The translations under genes were made by a program, and so were the position numbers. From Escherichia phage IME08, in the sequence record NC_014260.1: 64,000 bases of DNA; one strand, given 5' to 3'. Shown here in pieces: positions 19,863 to 30,780 of this stretch. A model generated the notes under the pieces. It saw nothing but the letters and a program-made list of their open reading frames with translations, made no database searches and was not told the origin of the DNA. Each line of letters opens with the position of its first letter. Within the stretch, counting starts at the first letter, position 1.

Positions 19863-20561
19863 CTATTTATTAGCCAAATTCTTTTCAAATGTTTTAACCA
19901 TATAACCTACATCTAAATCAGGAAATCCATTCTCAACTATTATGCGTTGAAATTTCCTTCTTTTAGGCATTCCTTCCTTTATCCAAAGTTCACGGATTTC
20001 CTTTTCAAATTCCCATAATTTACTTCTCATAGAAAGCTTAGGCTGTGAATGTTTACCTATATGGGCCTCATTAGCCTCTTTGGTACGTTTCTTACCTAAT
20101 TTGGCTAATGACATAGCTTTTTTAGCTTCTTCTGTATGAGAATATGGATTTCTTTTATGACCCGCACTTATGGCTTGTTTGGTGGATTCAGACCTTGGAA
20201 TACCTCGTATTTTCGACGCACTCTTTTCAATAGATTCAGGAGAACGAGTAGTACAACTACCTCCTTCACCACCAGGTTTCATATTCATACAGCGAATACC
20301 TTTACCAAACTTATCCCAAGCCTCTTCTATCAAAAGCTCTTCGAATTCATAAGCAAGTTGTTCGGTATCGAAAAAAGTCCTATCGACTATTTCAATTCGG
20401 TATTTTAATCTTTTTGCATAATAGATGTAATTACCAGACCCTACATACTTGTCAGATATTTTATCAGAAGAATGCTTACCAAAATATCGCCTAGTTCCGT
20501 TAGGCGAGTATACTAAAGTTTGGTAGCACATATGGTACTTTTTATTTTTCACCTGCTTCAA
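19863..20561 (-). CDS. GIY-YIG-type homing endonuclease (Seg-like)
   Basis: N-terminal YxxxNG...YVGSG pattern, basic C-terminal half typical of Seg DNA-binding domains. Confidence 0.7.
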   Translation of the reverse strand: MKQVKNKKYHMCYQTLVYSPNGTRRYFGKHSSDKISDKYVGSGNYIYYAKRLKYRIEIVDRTFFDTEQLAYEFEELLIEEAWDKFGKGIRCMNMKPGGEGGSCTTRSPESIEKSASKIRGIPRSESTKQAISAGHKRNPYSHTEEAKKAMSLAKLGKKRTKEANEAHIGKHSQPKLSMRSKLWEFEKEIRELWIKEGMPKRRKFQRIIVENGFPDLDVGYMVKTFEKNLANK

Positions 20562-20979
20562 ATTTCCTGAGCTCCAACATATTCTTTAATGAGAAACCTC
20601 TGGCTTTGACTGCGTCTAAAGCCGAACTACAGAAGTCCTGTAATAAAGCCCAATACTGGATTGACGTATCGATTTTAATTACACTAGAATCTGCAGCCAT
20701 TACGGTCTTTAATTCAGACTTCTCATATTGGTCCATACAAACCTCATCACCAGGCTCTCCACGTCCCGTGTAGAAATCTAATCGCTTCTTAAGTGAGGTC
20801 TTTTTCTGGATTTCTAATCTCATTATTTCTTTCTTACAATTCGTATACAGTCTTAGCCATTTGCTGTGCAGCAAAACGTTGTTCTGTACTTCATACTGTA
20901 AACGAGTCCCATCAATCTTCAAATCTTCATCCAAAGCATCTTGAAACGACTCTAATTTATATTCAATCTCTTTACTCAT
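20542..20979 (-). CDS. uvsY: Recombination mediator UvsY
   Basis: Matches recalled T4 UvsY (KLQYEVQNNVLLHSKWL...); start set to MSKEIEY with AGGAAA RBS. Confidence 0.85.
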   Translation of the reverse strand: MSKEIEYKLESFQDALDEDLKIDGTRLQYEVQNNVLLHSKWLRLYTNCKKEIMRLEIQKKTSLKKRLDFYTGRGEPGDEVCMDQYEKSELKTVMAADSSVIKIDTSIQYWALLQDFCSSALDAVKARGFSLKNMLELRKFEAGEK

Positions 20980-21037
20980 CGCATGTTTCCTGTGTAATAA
21001 CCATAGGACCATTATACACTATTCATTTGAACAGCAA

Positions 21038-21427
21038 TTAACCACTCTGGGAGAGCTGAATTCTAATTTGCTCTAATGTATCCGGGTCATCAACGATACT
21101 AAACTGAACAGTCACGATAATCGAGTTATCATCGTACACAGGTGTCACACCTACAGCCAGGGCAGAAATTCTGGGTTCGAAGTTCCGCACAGCGGAAACT
21201 ATATTACGCTTAATGGTGTCTGTGATTAATGGAGTAATATTCTCAAACAATTGGTTGCTGATGTCACAACCGAATTCAGGCATAAAAGGGCGTGAACCTT
21301 TGCGAGTAGTAATAATACCTAACAAGCTATTTTTTACTGCACGAGCGCCTATAGCTTTAGCAACGTCTCTATTCCAAGACGTCCTCATTTCAGGGTCTAA
21401 ATCCGAATACATTTTATTGATATTCAT
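21038..21427 (-). CDS. 25: Baseplate wedge protein gp25
   Basis: 129 aa, matches recalled T4 gp25 (ITTRKGSRPF.PEFGCD). Confidence 0.9.
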   Translation of the reverse strand: MNINKMYSDLDPEMRTSWNRDVAKAIGARAVKNSLLGIITTRKGSRPFMPEFGCDISNQLFENITPLITDTIKRNIVSAVRNFEPRISALAVGVTPVYDDNSIIVTVQFSIVDDPDTLEQIRIQLSQSG

Positions 21428-22050
21428 TACATCACCTTAAAGAACTCTTTAAGTCCCTCAATAACGTGGACAGTATGTTCACCACATTCACAAGAAATAG
21501 GTATGGCCAAAATAGGCTTAGGGGCAACTAGTGCATCATAAACTTCTTTTATATCTTTTTCTGTTATCACAGAATAAAGGTCATCAAGTTCCACATCGCT
21601 TAAATCTGAAAGAAAAAGCTTTTCGCCTGTAGAAGTTAAAATATAATCGATACACCCTGCGACCATCATAGCCCTATTTTTATCTTCAAAGAGTTTAGGG
21701 TATCTGAAAACAATTTTAAAGTTGCCAAAGTCTTTAATAACATCAGGCTCTTTACCCAATGTTGCGCGAGTTAGTGTCATAGGGACAACCTGTGAGCGAC
21801 CACAACTACAAACCCACTCACGTTCTATATTCACTTCAGCTAATGAATGGGCCCACAGGTTTATCACTAGGAGCTCAGATTCTTGCTTGTTTAAATCACG
21901 AGCATCTGTGCAATTCGAAATGAGTTCATTGATAAAGGACTCTATTCTGCCTTCTAATTTAGCTTGGAGCAAGTCCTTATACTCTCTGAGGGTAAATGCT
22001 CTGCATTTTATGGTTTTGTTTTTAATTTTTACGTCAAAAGTATAATTCAT
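21427..22050 (-). CDS. 26: Baseplate hub protein gp26
   Basis: 207 aa, T4 order and length. Confidence 0.85.
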   Translation of the reverse strand: MNYTFDVKIKNKTIKCRAFTLREYKDLLQAKLEGRIESFINELISNCTDARDLNKQESELLVINLWAHSLAEVNIEREWVCSCGRSQVVPMTLTRATLGKEPDVIKDFGNFKIVFRYPKLFEDKNRAMMVAGCIDYILTSTGEKLFLSDLSDVELDDLYSVITEKDIKEVYDALVAPKPILAIPISCECGEHTVHVIEGLKEFFKVM

Positions 22051-22068
22051 TGTCTTCTCCTTTAAGCT

Positions 22069-22080
22069 TATTTATAAATA
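22069..22080. promoter_or_regulatory. Palindromic bidirectional late promoter TATTTATAAATA (serves gp26 on minus strand and gp51 on plus strand)
   Basis: 12-nt perfect palindrome containing TATAAATA on both strands between divergent late genes. Confidence 0.55.
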
Positions 22081-22100
22081 CATCAATAAGAGGACACCCT

Positions 22101-22853
22101 ATGGCTAATATCGTACGTTGTGAAATGCCTGATGGAGTCCACCGATTTAAACCTTTTACAGTAGCTGATTATCGTGATTTTATTTTGATTCGAAATGACA
22201 TGAATAATAAATCGCCTGAAGAGCAAAAACAAATTTTAGATGAGTTACTGGAAGAATACTTCGGTGAATATCCTATGTCATGGCGCCCGTATATGTTCAT
22301 TGAACTTTACACGTCATCACTCGGCAAGACCAAAATTCCTATCCGATACACTTGCAGTAAGTGTGAAAAGGATAGACAAGTTTTATTCAATTTGAAACAG
22401 GCCAAGTTAGATAATCCCACAATTGAAGTGGCAGGCTTGAAGCTAACATTCAAATTTCCGGAAATAGAATATCAAGACAAATCTGAATTGATTTTGAACA
22501 CCCTCCAAACCGTAGAAGATGAAAACGGAAAATATAATTGGACTGACCTTTCTGAAGAAGACCAATTAGCCGTAATAGATGCTATAGACTTATCCACTTT
22601 AGAGGATATAGTCAAACAAACCGGCCCTATCCACTTTGAGCTTAAATATGGGTGCTGTAATCGTAGAACAATTATGTATACCGATATTTTAGAGGTGTTT
22701 AAGCTTATAGTCAATCCGGATGAGATATTTTTATTTTACCAAATAAACCATTTATTGGTAAAGAACAATTATTCATTAGAAAGCATTATGCAGATGATTC
22801 CAATCGAACGCGGTATTGCTTTGTCTTTGGTTGAAAAGGACCTTAAGAAATGA
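22101..22853 (+). CDS. 51: Baseplate hub assembly protein gp51
   Basis: Start at MANIVRC with AAGAGGA RBS, 250 aa. Confidence 0.85.
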   Translation: MANIVRCEMPDGVHRFKPFTVADYRDFILIRNDMNNKSPEEQKQILDELLEEYFGEYPMSWRPYMFIELYTSSLGKTKIPIRYTCSKCEKDRQVLFNLKQAKLDNPTIEVAGLKLTFKFPEIEYQDKSELILNTLQTVEDENGKYNWTDLSEEDQLAVIDAIDLSTLEDIVKQTGPIHFELKYGCCNRRTIMYTDILEVFKLIVNPDEIFLFYQINHLLVKNNYSLESIMQMIPIERGIALSLVEKDLKK

Positions 22854-24019
22854 GTTCAAAAACTATGCAACGTGAAGGCTTTCCTAATATTAGTATACGC
22901 CTTTACGAAGATTATGACGCCTGGTTAGAGCATCGTTTTGTTGAACTAGGCGCAACATTTACTACCCTAACAATGAGGGATGGACTTTACGGTAGTAATG
23001 AAGGATTACTCCAGTTTTATGATGCAAAAAACCTTCATACTAAAATGGATGGCGAGCAGATTATCCAAGTTTCCGTTAAGAACGCTAACTCAGAACGTAC
23101 CCAATCAAGAATTTATGGAAGCAAACACTTTGCTGTAGGAGTGGATTCGAAGGGCGACAATATCATAACAATACAACTCGCCCCAATCCACTTTTTAGAA
23201 AATCTTAAATTCGGACGTATGTTCTTCCCTAGTGTTCAAGAAACATTAACAGAAATGATTGGTGTTATTTACCAAGACCGACCACTTCTTGCACCTCCGT
23301 TGAACGGAATAAACGTTTACGTTCCTAATGTTCCTTGGTGTGATTCAATGGACCGTTATATGGAATTTGTACGAGAAGTAGGTATGGCAGTTGAATCTGA
23401 TAAATTTGTATTTGTCTGGGAAGATATAGATGGTATTTCTATCATGGACTACGAATTTATGGTTAATCAAGAGCCAATTAATTTTGTGGTAGGTGAGCCT
23501 CGTTTAATAGGCCAATACGTCCAAGATATGGACACCCCTATCGCATTTGATTTTGAATGGCTAACTAAAGCTAACCAGCATACCAGAAAGCCGTACGAAA
23601 ATGCTACAGTATATGCCCATTCCTTCTTGGATAAAAACGCCACACGAATTACTTTTGGTGATGGACAAAACAGTATATTAGTTTCTCGTTCAGGTGGATA
23701 TTCTGATTATACCTACCGAAACGGATTTGAAGAAGCTGATAGATTGGTTACTATGGCTCAGTATGATGGTTATGCTCATTGCAAAGTATATGGGAACTTT
23801 GAATTAACCCCAGGTGATAAGATTAATTTCTATGACCCTAAAAACCAGTTCCAATACGATTTTTATGTAGACGAAGTTATTCACGAAGTGAGTAACAATA
23901 CATCAATTACAAACCTTTATATGTTTACTAATGGTAAGCCTATTAAGATTGAAGAACCACCGAAGGTTAAAAATGAACTTAAAACTGATACTCCCGATCA
24001 AGAAAATAACGCTGGGTGA
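22850..24019 (+). CDS. 27: Baseplate hub protein gp27
   Basis: 389 aa, T4 gp27 length. Confidence 0.9.
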   Translation: MSSKTMQREGFPNISIRLYEDYDAWLEHRFVELGATFTTLTMRDGLYGSNEGLLQFYDAKNLHTKMDGEQIIQVSVKNANSERTQSRIYGSKHFAVGVDSKGDNIITIQLAPIHFLENLKFGRMFFPSVQETLTEMIGVIYQDRPLLAPPLNGINVYVPNVPWCDSMDRYMEFVREVGMAVESDKFVFVWEDIDGISIMDYEFMVNQEPINFVVGEPRLIGQYVQDMDTPIAFDFEWLTKANQHTRKPYENATVYAHSFLDKNATRITFGDGQNSILVSRSGGYSDYTYRNGFEEADRLVTMAQYDGYAHCKVYGNFELTPGDKINFYDPKNQFQYDFYVDEVIHEVSNNTSITNLYMFTNGKPIKIEEPPKVKNELKTDTPDQENNAG

Positions 24020-24500
24020 TAAAGAGATTTCTATTCCTAAATTGGGCCTTAAACACCAGAAACTGGTTAAAGATGAAAAAGACCCTTATAAGGCTCTTCA
24101 CATATTAATGAATTCCATTTATAAAGGTTTATCCGCGGCAGAGACCGATTTTGCCGCTCTTCATCTTTTAGAATTCAATGGAAGATTAAAAAGTAAAGTA
24201 ACCAAAGACGGGTTTACTTATAATTTAAACGACCTTTATATTTGTCAACGACTTGAATTCCAGTTCCAAGGTAAAACGTTTAAATTTAAATCACACGAAC
24301 CATTTCAAACATTTGGCCCTGTTGATAGTGTATTACAATCTCTTTACCTTGGTGATGATGTACCAGATTTTCTGGATATGCCTGCCTTTGTTGCTACATG
24401 GGCCGACGATATAACTTCTACTGTAGCTATCCCTGGTCCTAATGGTCCTATCAAAGGATTGCTTAAAATCATGGATATCTTAAATGAAGAACGAATCTAA
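23973..24500 (+). CDS. 28: Baseplate hub distal protein gp28
   Basis: Start at MNLKLILPI with GAAGG RBS; 175 aa. Confidence 0.8.
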   Translation: MNLKLILPIKKITLGDKEISIPKLGLKHQKLVKDEKDPYKALHILMNSIYKGLSAAETDFAALHLLEFNGRLKSKVTKDGFTYNLNDLYICQRLEFQFQGKTFKFKSHEPFQTFGPVDSVLQSLYLGDDVPDFLDMPAFVATWADDITSTVAIPGPNGPIKGLLKIMDILNEERI

Positions 24501-26220
24501 TCAGAATAGTTTTCGTCGCAATAAACTGATTGAAGAAATGGCTCCTCAGCGTCGTGCTGAGGCGCTAGCCCAAACTCAGAACGACGAATTAGGAAATATA
24601 TCAGATGTTTTATCCGATTCCCAGGCGGCGTCTGAATTGCTCTCTGAAGTGGTTGAGACAAAGTCTAATCAGATTATTAGTTCTGTAGACCGAGTAGATA
24701 AAAGCGTCCAAGATGTTGTCGCTGGAACAGAATTAACAGCTGAAGCTATATCAGAACAAACCCAACAATCTAAAGCTCTTTCGGACGCATTAAACGAAAA
24801 GATTAATAAGCTTTCTAATATGTTGGAGGCTAAATTTTCTGGTATTTCTATTCCACCTGAAGGGAGCTCATTAAAGGTTATTGAAGACTCTATTCCGGAA
24901 GAACCTAAGGCCGAAACTCCTAAAGTTCCTGCTGTTGTTGAAGATATTCTTCCACCGGAAGACAATAAACCTGACGCTGAATTTGTTCCCGAGCCTCCTA
25001 AAAATTCAGATGAAGGTAAAGAAGGCGCTAAGTCTCCTCTTTCCGAGAAAATTGAAGCCCTTACTAAAATAACTGAAAAGGGATTTAAAGCTTCTGTAGG
25101 CGTTGCTGATAGAATTTCAGGTATGCTTTTTAAGTATACCATTACTGCCGCCGCTGAAGCTGCTAAACTCGCTGCAGGTTTAGTTCTTTTAATATTTGGT
25201 ATAGATGCTATTCGTGTTTACTTCCAATATTTCATGGACCAATTTGAGGCAGGGTGGAAAGAATTTAACGATAAGTTTAAAGAGTGGGGCCCGTTACTTG
25301 AAGGGCTAATGACATGGGCCAAGAATGCCGAGGCTATGTTTAGTGAAGGGAACTGGTTAGGCCTGGCCGAAGCTATTATTCGCGGTATGGTTAATCTTAC
25401 TAAAAATATGGCTCAGCTTTTAATGGTCGGTATTTCTAAGTTGATTTCTGCTATTTTAAGCAAAATACCTGGTATGGGTGAGTTGGCTGAAAACGTAGAG
25501 GCTTCCGCTTTAATGTCATATCAGCAAAATACTGGAGCCACTTTAGATGACGAAGACCAAACTAAAGTAGCCAAGTACCATGATAGACGTTCTGCTGAGG
25601 CTTTAGAAACAGCCGAGAAAATGAATAAGAAGTATAAGAATAAACCTGAGCTTATAAACCAGGCAGAGAAATACGGTAATCTTACTAAAGAACAAGCTGA
25701 CCAATTACGCGCAGGTGGAATTGACACAAGCTTCCGTGACCTCCCTGAAGAAGAACGTTTGGAGTATTTCAAGAAACGTGATAAAGCCCAGGCCGATATT
25801 ATTCGTTTGACTCAAACTGCTGATAATATAATGAAGCCTGATTCTAAAGATATCGAAAATGCTAAAGCATATAAAGCTGATATCGAGAAACAATTGGCTG
25901 ACCCTATTATGGCTAAAGGTGGAGCACCGAAGGACCTTAATATCCAGCAATTACTTGATAAGATGAATAAATCTTTAGAGAAATTTAACGAAGCCGAAAA
26001 GCCTAAACCTGCCTCTGTAGCGGAATCCCCTGAAAATACTCAGGTTAAAAAGGTTGACGAACAAATGAGAGCAAAGGAAAATGCTAAATATAGTCAGCAA
26101 GCTCCAACTCAAATAAATCAGCAAACGAATATCAAGAAAACGAGTAAGACCAGTTATAATTTACCTCCACAGTCTTCTACTCCTGCTCCTGGTATGCGTC
26201 AAGCTACTAAAGTTAATTAG
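24484..26220 (+). CDS. 29: Baseplate hub / tail length determinant gp29
   Basis: 578 aa, T4 gp29 length and order. Confidence 0.85.
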   Translation: MKNESNQNSFRRNKLIEEMAPQRRAEALAQTQNDELGNISDVLSDSQAASELLSEVVETKSNQIISSVDRVDKSVQDVVAGTELTAEAISEQTQQSKALSDALNEKINKLSNMLEAKFSGISIPPEGSSLKVIEDSIPEEPKAETPKVPAVVEDILPPEDNKPDAEFVPEPPKNSDEGKEGAKSPLSEKIEALTKITEKGFKASVGVADRISGMLFKYTITAAAEAAKLAAGLVLLIFGIDAIRVYFQYFMDQFEAGWKEFNDKFKEWGPLLEGLMTWAKNAEAMFSEGNWLGLAEAIIRGMVNLTKNMAQLLMVGISKLISAILSKIPGMGELAENVEASALMSYQQNTGATLDDEDQTKVAKYHDRRSAEALETAEKMNKKYKNKPELINQAEKYGNLTKEQADQLRAGGIDTSFRDLPEEERLEYFKKRDKAQADIIRLTQTADNIMKPDSKDIENAKAYKADIEKQLADPIMAKGGAPKDLNIQQLLDKMNKSLEKFNEAEKPKPASVAESPENTQVKKVDEQMRAKENAKYSQQAPTQINQQTNIKKTSKTSYNLPPQSSTPAPGMRQATKVN

Positions 26221-26228
26221 GATTAATA

Positions 26229-27317
26229 ATGAAAGTAAAAGAACTTGACTTTGATGTAGCCTCCTTGTTTAAAGGAGGTTCAAAGACCTCCGCCGGCCAG
26301 TCTAAAGCTAAACCGATACAAACTACAGTAACGGCCCAATACCCGGCAGAAAGGGCCTCCGGTAATGACACCTCTACAGATATGGTGTTAAGCGATTTAT
26401 ATAAAAATGGCTTACTTTTTACGGCATATAATTTTAGCTCTCGTGTATCACCTGATTTGCGTAACGACCGTTCAAGTCAAATGACTAAAAAGTTTTCAAA
26501 GGCTACTGGTAAACTTACCGGTAATACCGGAGGATTCAGTGCGGTTAAAAACTTGTTTAGTAATAACTCCAAGGGAGTTAAATTTGACAACCAAGCTTTG
26601 GCAAATATTTTACTCCCACGTTCTAAATCTGACGTAGATTCGGTCACCCATAAATTTAATGATGTCGGTGAATCATTAATTACTAAAGGTGGTGGTACTG
26701 CTACGGGTATTTTAAGTAACGTTGCCAGTACTGCTGTATTTGGTGCGTTGGAATCCGTGACTAATGGCGTAATGGCCGATTCAGGTGAGCAGATATACAC
26801 TACCGCCCGTAGTATGTACGCAGGTCCGGATAACCGTACTAAGGTATTCACTTGGGAAATGACCCCGCGAAACGCCCAAGACCTTATTCAGATTATTAAA
26901 ATATATGAAATCTTTAACTACTATTCTTACGGCGAAACAGGCAACTCGGCCTTCGCTGGCGAATTAAAAGAGAAGATTGATACTTGGTATCGTTCTACGT
27001 TTAAAAAAGAAGCTATTGACAAGTTTGACGGTAAGCTATTAGGGGAAAGTATTACAAGCTTCCTTTCTAATGTTATTGTGGTAAGTAACCCGACCATTTG
27101 GTATATCAGAAACTTTGGCGATAGCAGTTCATATGATGGTCGTGAAGATATTTTTGGTCCATGCCAAATCCAGAGTATCCGTTTTGATAAAACTCCGGAT
27201 GGCCATTTTAACGGATTGGCTATTGCTCCTAACTTACCATCTACATTTAGTTTAGAAGTTACTTTCCGTGAAATCATTACTCTGAACCGTGGCTCACTTT
27301 ATACGGAAGGATTCTAA
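26229..27317 (+). CDS. 48: Baseplate tail-tube junction protein gp48
   Basis: 362 aa, T4 order. Confidence 0.85.
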   Translation: MKVKELDFDVASLFKGGSKTSAGQSKAKPIQTTVTAQYPAERASGNDTSTDMVLSDLYKNGLLFTAYNFSSRVSPDLRNDRSSQMTKKFSKATGKLTGNTGGFSAVKNLFSNNSKGVKFDNQALANILLPRSKSDVDSVTHKFNDVGESLITKGGGTATGILSNVASTAVFGALESVTNGVMADSGEQIYTTARSMYAGPDNRTKVFTWEMTPRNAQDLIQIIKIYEIFNYYSYGETGNSAFAGELKEKIDTWYRSTFKKEAIDKFDGKLLGESITSFLSNVIVVSNPTIWYIRNFGDSSSYDGREDIFGPCQIQSIRFDKTPDGHFNGLAIAPNLPSTFSLEVTFREIITLNRGSLYTEGF

Positions 27318-28270
27318 TGTATACTTTACAAGAATTTCAGAACCAGGCAATTAATATTGACCTACAGAGGAATAATCTGTTTAGTGTAGTATTTGCTACA
27401 GTTCCTTCTTCTAAATCCCAAGCGCTCCTCGACCAGTTCGGTGGAGCTTTATTTAACAATATCCCATTGAATAGCGATTTGTTTGGTATTACACAAGGAG
27501 AGTTGACCCAAGGTGTTACGACATTAGTGACAGCGGGCACTCAGAAGCTCATTCGTAAGTCAGGCATAAGTAAATATCTGATTGGAGCTATGTCATCCAG
27601 GGTTGTGCAGAGCTTACTAGGAGAGTTTGAAGTAGGTACATATCTGATGGATTTTTTCAATATGGCTTATCCTACAGCAGGTCTTTTAGTCCATGCCGTT
27701 AAAATCCCGGATAATACTTTGAACTATGAAATGGATTTGAACCACAACTCGCCTAATATCAAAATTACCGGAAGAGAATATTCTCCTCTGGTATTAAGCT
27801 TCCGTATGGATTCTGAAGCTGCCAACTACCGTGCTTTTAATGATTGGGTCAATAGTGTCCAAGACCCTATTACACAATTAAGAGCATTACCCGAGGATGT
27901 TGAAGCTGATATTCAAGTCAACCTTCATTCTCGTAATGGGCTACCTCATACAGTAGTAATGCTTAACGGTTGTGTTCCTGTGGGTGTTTCATCGCCTGAA
28001 TTATCTTATGACGGTGATAACCAAATTGCTTCGTTTGATGTTACATTTGCTTATAGAAGTGTGCAGACGGGTGCAGTTGGTAAACAGGCTGCTTACGAAT
28101 GGCTGGAAGATAAAGTCCTTAAAGGAGTGGCGGGCATAAGTGAGAGTAATTCACTGAGTTCTTCAGTAGCTAAATTAAGCCGACTTTCAGGAGCTTCTAG
28201 TGGATTGACCGGATTGGTTAACACATTTGGCGGGCGTACTATTAATAATGGAATATCGAGGTTGTTATAA
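27317..28270 (+). CDS. 54: Baseplate tail-tube initiator gp54
   Basis: 317 aa, T4 order. Confidence 0.85.
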   Translation: MYTLQEFQNQAINIDLQRNNLFSVVFATVPSSKSQALLDQFGGALFNNIPLNSDLFGITQGELTQGVTTLVTAGTQKLIRKSGISKYLIGAMSSRVVQSLLGEFEVGTYLMDFFNMAYPTAGLLVHAVKIPDNTLNYEMDLNHNSPNIKITGREYSPLVLSFRMDSEAANYRAFNDWVNSVQDPITQLRALPEDVEADIQVNLHSRNGLPHTVVMLNGCVPVGVSSPELSYDGDNQIASFDVTFAYRSVQTGAVGKQAAYEWLEDKVLKGVAGISESNSLSSSVAKLSRLSGASSGLTGLVNTFGGRTINNGISRLL

Positions 28271-28277
28271 CAAAAAA

Positions 28278-28295
28278 GGAGAGCGTATGCTCTCC
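28278..28295. terminator. Bidirectional terminator after gp54
   Basis: GGAGAGC-GTAT-GCTCTCC hairpin between convergent genes. Confidence 0.6.
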
Positions 28296-28305
28296 TTTAG
28301 GGGGT

Positions 28306-28596
28306 TTACTTACGGAACGAAATGAAACCTGCCGCCGTCATTAGCGGTTGCTTTTTAACAAATACCGTAACTGAAATAGGAGCTTCGGATTCAAGCTGAC
28401 CAGTCACTACACCATTAAAGATATTTTCAGTTTGTTCCGGCTGAGAAAAGTTCTCAACAGGGCGGATATCAAATTGCTTATCTTCACCGAAAACTCGACG
28501 CAATTCATTACCAATGGCACTGTCAAACTCTTCGGAAGCAGGGATAACGTTTTCAACTACCAGTTCTTGACCATTAAAACGGAATGCAGATTTCAT
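28306..28596 (-). CDS. Hypothetical protein (alt-downstream small gene)
   Basis: 96 aa ORF with GAGGAG RBS and early promoter upstream. Confidence 0.5.
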   Translation of the reverse strand: MKSAFRFNGQELVVENVIPASEEFDSAIGNELRRVFGEDKQFDIRPVENFSQPEQTENIFNGVVTGQLESEAPISVTVFVKKQPLMTAAGFISFRK

Positions 28597-28624
28597 AATG
28601 TTCTCCTCATGTTTGTGTAAGGTA

Positions 28625-28654
28625 ATAGTACCACATCCATGTGGTGTTGTAAAC
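28625..28654 (-). promoter_or_regulatory. Early promoter GTTTAC-N18-TACTAT
   Basis: Minus strand GTTTACAACACCACATGGATGTGGTACTAT. Confidence 0.5.
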
Positions 28655-30777
28655 TACATTTTGAATTTATTTGGCAGAGCAGAGATATCCAAAGATGCAG
28701 CAAGGATTTCCATAGCCTCGTTGCTTTCAGAAACAGATTCACTAACCAAGAACTGTTTAAAGCCATCCATCGGACGAACTTCACCGGTTTCCATCAGATG
28801 GTCGCCGTCATAAACAGATTCACTGAGCTCTGAAGGAGACATCACAGTAGCTTCCATAAGATATTTGTGAGATACCCTATCATTCATAGCAAAAGCCGCT
28901 ACTTTATCAACCTTCATCAATAATCCGCGCGGAAGGATAATTTCTGCTTCTTCAGCGTATTCTGTAAGGTCACCAGGAGCGATAACTTTAACTGCTTCAG
29001 CACCTCGAATAACCATACCAATTTCAGCAATTCTATCCGCAGGGCCTTCAGGTGCAATTGGATTACCAAACTCGTCTTCTTCCCATTCTACCTCTTCATC
29101 GTCGACTTCACCTACATCAGATGAACTACCGCTAGCCAATTTAAACAACTCATCAGCGGAGGATAAAGAACCTTCACCACCAACAAAAACGGCTTGGTTG
29201 TCGAGGGCCATATAATTTTTACCGAATTCACCAAAGATGTTAGGCTTTAGTGAGGCGGACACAAAGTTCTTAAAGTAAAATGTTTTGTTATCGATATTAT
29301 GACGCAGAATTTTGTATGGCAAATCCTGACCACGATACAAAATAGTACCCTTAGGAAGTTTAATACCCTTAGTAAATGCCGAGTCTAAATCCTTAATCAA
29401 TCTAATAGCCGTTGTATTGTTTTCGGATTCAGGTTTACCTAAAAGGAATAAGTTCATAGGAGCATATTCAGCTGCGCAATATTCAATAATAGCATTGCTT
29501 TCGTCTTTGGTTAGGTCCTTAGGTTTAATGAGCTCGCCTGAATAAGCATATGCATCACCAATAGAATCGTTAATCAGTTTATAAACGGCTTCCATAGCGA
29601 AAGCAATTCGAGATGCCTTTTCTGAAGGGGAGCCATTAAAACGGGCACTCAGGTTATTAACAATTCTCTTAATAATATCCAGACTATTGGTAGTATTGAT
29701 TTGCGAAAGGCCGCTTAAAAGTCTATCGACTTCTGTATTAAAAAATGCCATATTTTTAGAGTAAATTTCAAACCCTTGTTTATCTCTATTAGCATAATTT
29801 AGTTTAAATTTACTATCAGTCATTAAAGCATGTGTGAGAGCAATAGTGTATCTAAAGTTAGCAAGGTCCTCGCTCTTAGATTTAAACTGAGAAGCCTGGC
29901 GCATTTTGGTAATAGCACCTTTTTTAAAGTTCTGACTAATCTGTTCAATACCTTCGTTCTCAGGGCCTTCGGCAGTGTGAACCGGTACAGAAGCTTCAAA
30001 CTCGTTATAAACCTGCAATTCTTTAGGGGACAAAGTTTCAGGCTCAGCAGTAGAATACTGCGCGGCAGCCGCCATACGACGGGAAATCTTAGTACGAGTA
30101 ATGACAGCCTTATCGGTACGTTTCTCTTCAACCTGTGCAATAGATGCCGCTACGGCTTCGACCTTACTTACGGCCTGGCCGGTTTTCTTAGAAACATACA
30201 CTTCGCCGACTTTAGAATCGACTTTGGTATAAAGGTCGGCATCAATTTCAGGCATGCCTTTGATATCTTCGATATTGGAACCACGACGTACTAAAAGAAC
30301 GTAGGTATGTTTTCCACTGAACTGGAACATGCTATCAACAACTTTAAACTTACCGCCAGTACGAGCCATCGCTAAACGTGCCAATACGCGCTGAACAGTA
30401 GGACCCTTACCTTTCATTTTCTTGGTAGGGAAACGGAATAAAACTGCATCCATTTTAAGTTTGTTTACTTGTTCGTATACAGTATCGAAAATGGTATTCA
30501 GTGTACCAAGTGGGTCAGAACCAAGGCCACCCTTAAGTTCAGCCGGAGCACCCTTGCTTGACAAACTCATTAGAATAACATGAATGTATTTGTCGCCTGG
30601 CTTAACCATTTTAATAGCGTCTCCTTGAGACGCATAAGATACCATACGAGCAACCAGGTTATCATTACCTGGTGCATGGATAGAGAAAATCTGTGGAATA
30701 CCGGAACCCGGTTTAAGATTTGTTACTGGATAGTTTTTAGCGGAATCACTATCAAAAACCTCGTTTAAATTTTCCAT
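28654..30777 (-). CDS. Alt-family mono-ADP-ribosyltransferase paralog 1
   Basis: 707 aa; conserved N-terminal roughly 240 aa shared with neighbour; ART-like motifs YRGQ, FVSAS, EEAEI. Confidence 0.8.
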   Translation of the reverse strand: MENLNEVFDSDSAKNYPVTNLKPGSGIPQIFSIHAPGNDNLVARMVSYASQGDAIKMVKPGDKYIHVILMSLSSKGAPAELKGGLGSDPLGTLNTIFDTVYEQVNKLKMDAVLFRFPTKKMKGKGPTVQRVLARLAMARTGGKFKVVDSMFQFSGKHTYVLLVRRGSNIEDIKGMPEIDADLYTKVDSKVGEVYVSKKTGQAVSKVEAVAASIAQVEEKRTDKAVITRTKISRRMAAAAQYSTAEPETLSPKELQVYNEFEASVPVHTAEGPENEGIEQISQNFKKGAITKMRQASQFKSKSEDLANFRYTIALTHALMTDSKFKLNYANRDKQGFEIYSKNMAFFNTEVDRLLSGLSQINTTNSLDIIKRIVNNLSARFNGSPSEKASRIAFAMEAVYKLINDSIGDAYAYSGELIKPKDLTKDESNAIIEYCAAEYAPMNLFLLGKPESENNTTAIRLIKDLDSAFTKGIKLPKGTILYRGQDLPYKILRHNIDNKTFYFKNFVSASLKPNIFGEFGKNYMALDNQAVFVGGEGSLSSADELFKLASGSSSDVGEVDDEEVEWEEDEFGNPIAPEGPADRIAEIGMVIRGAEAVKVIAPGDLTEYAEEAEIILPRGLLMKVDKVAAFAMNDRVSHKYLMEATVMSPSELSESVYDGDHLMETGEVRPMDGFKQFLVSESVSESNEAMEILAASLDISALPNKFKM

Positions 30778-30780
30778 TAT

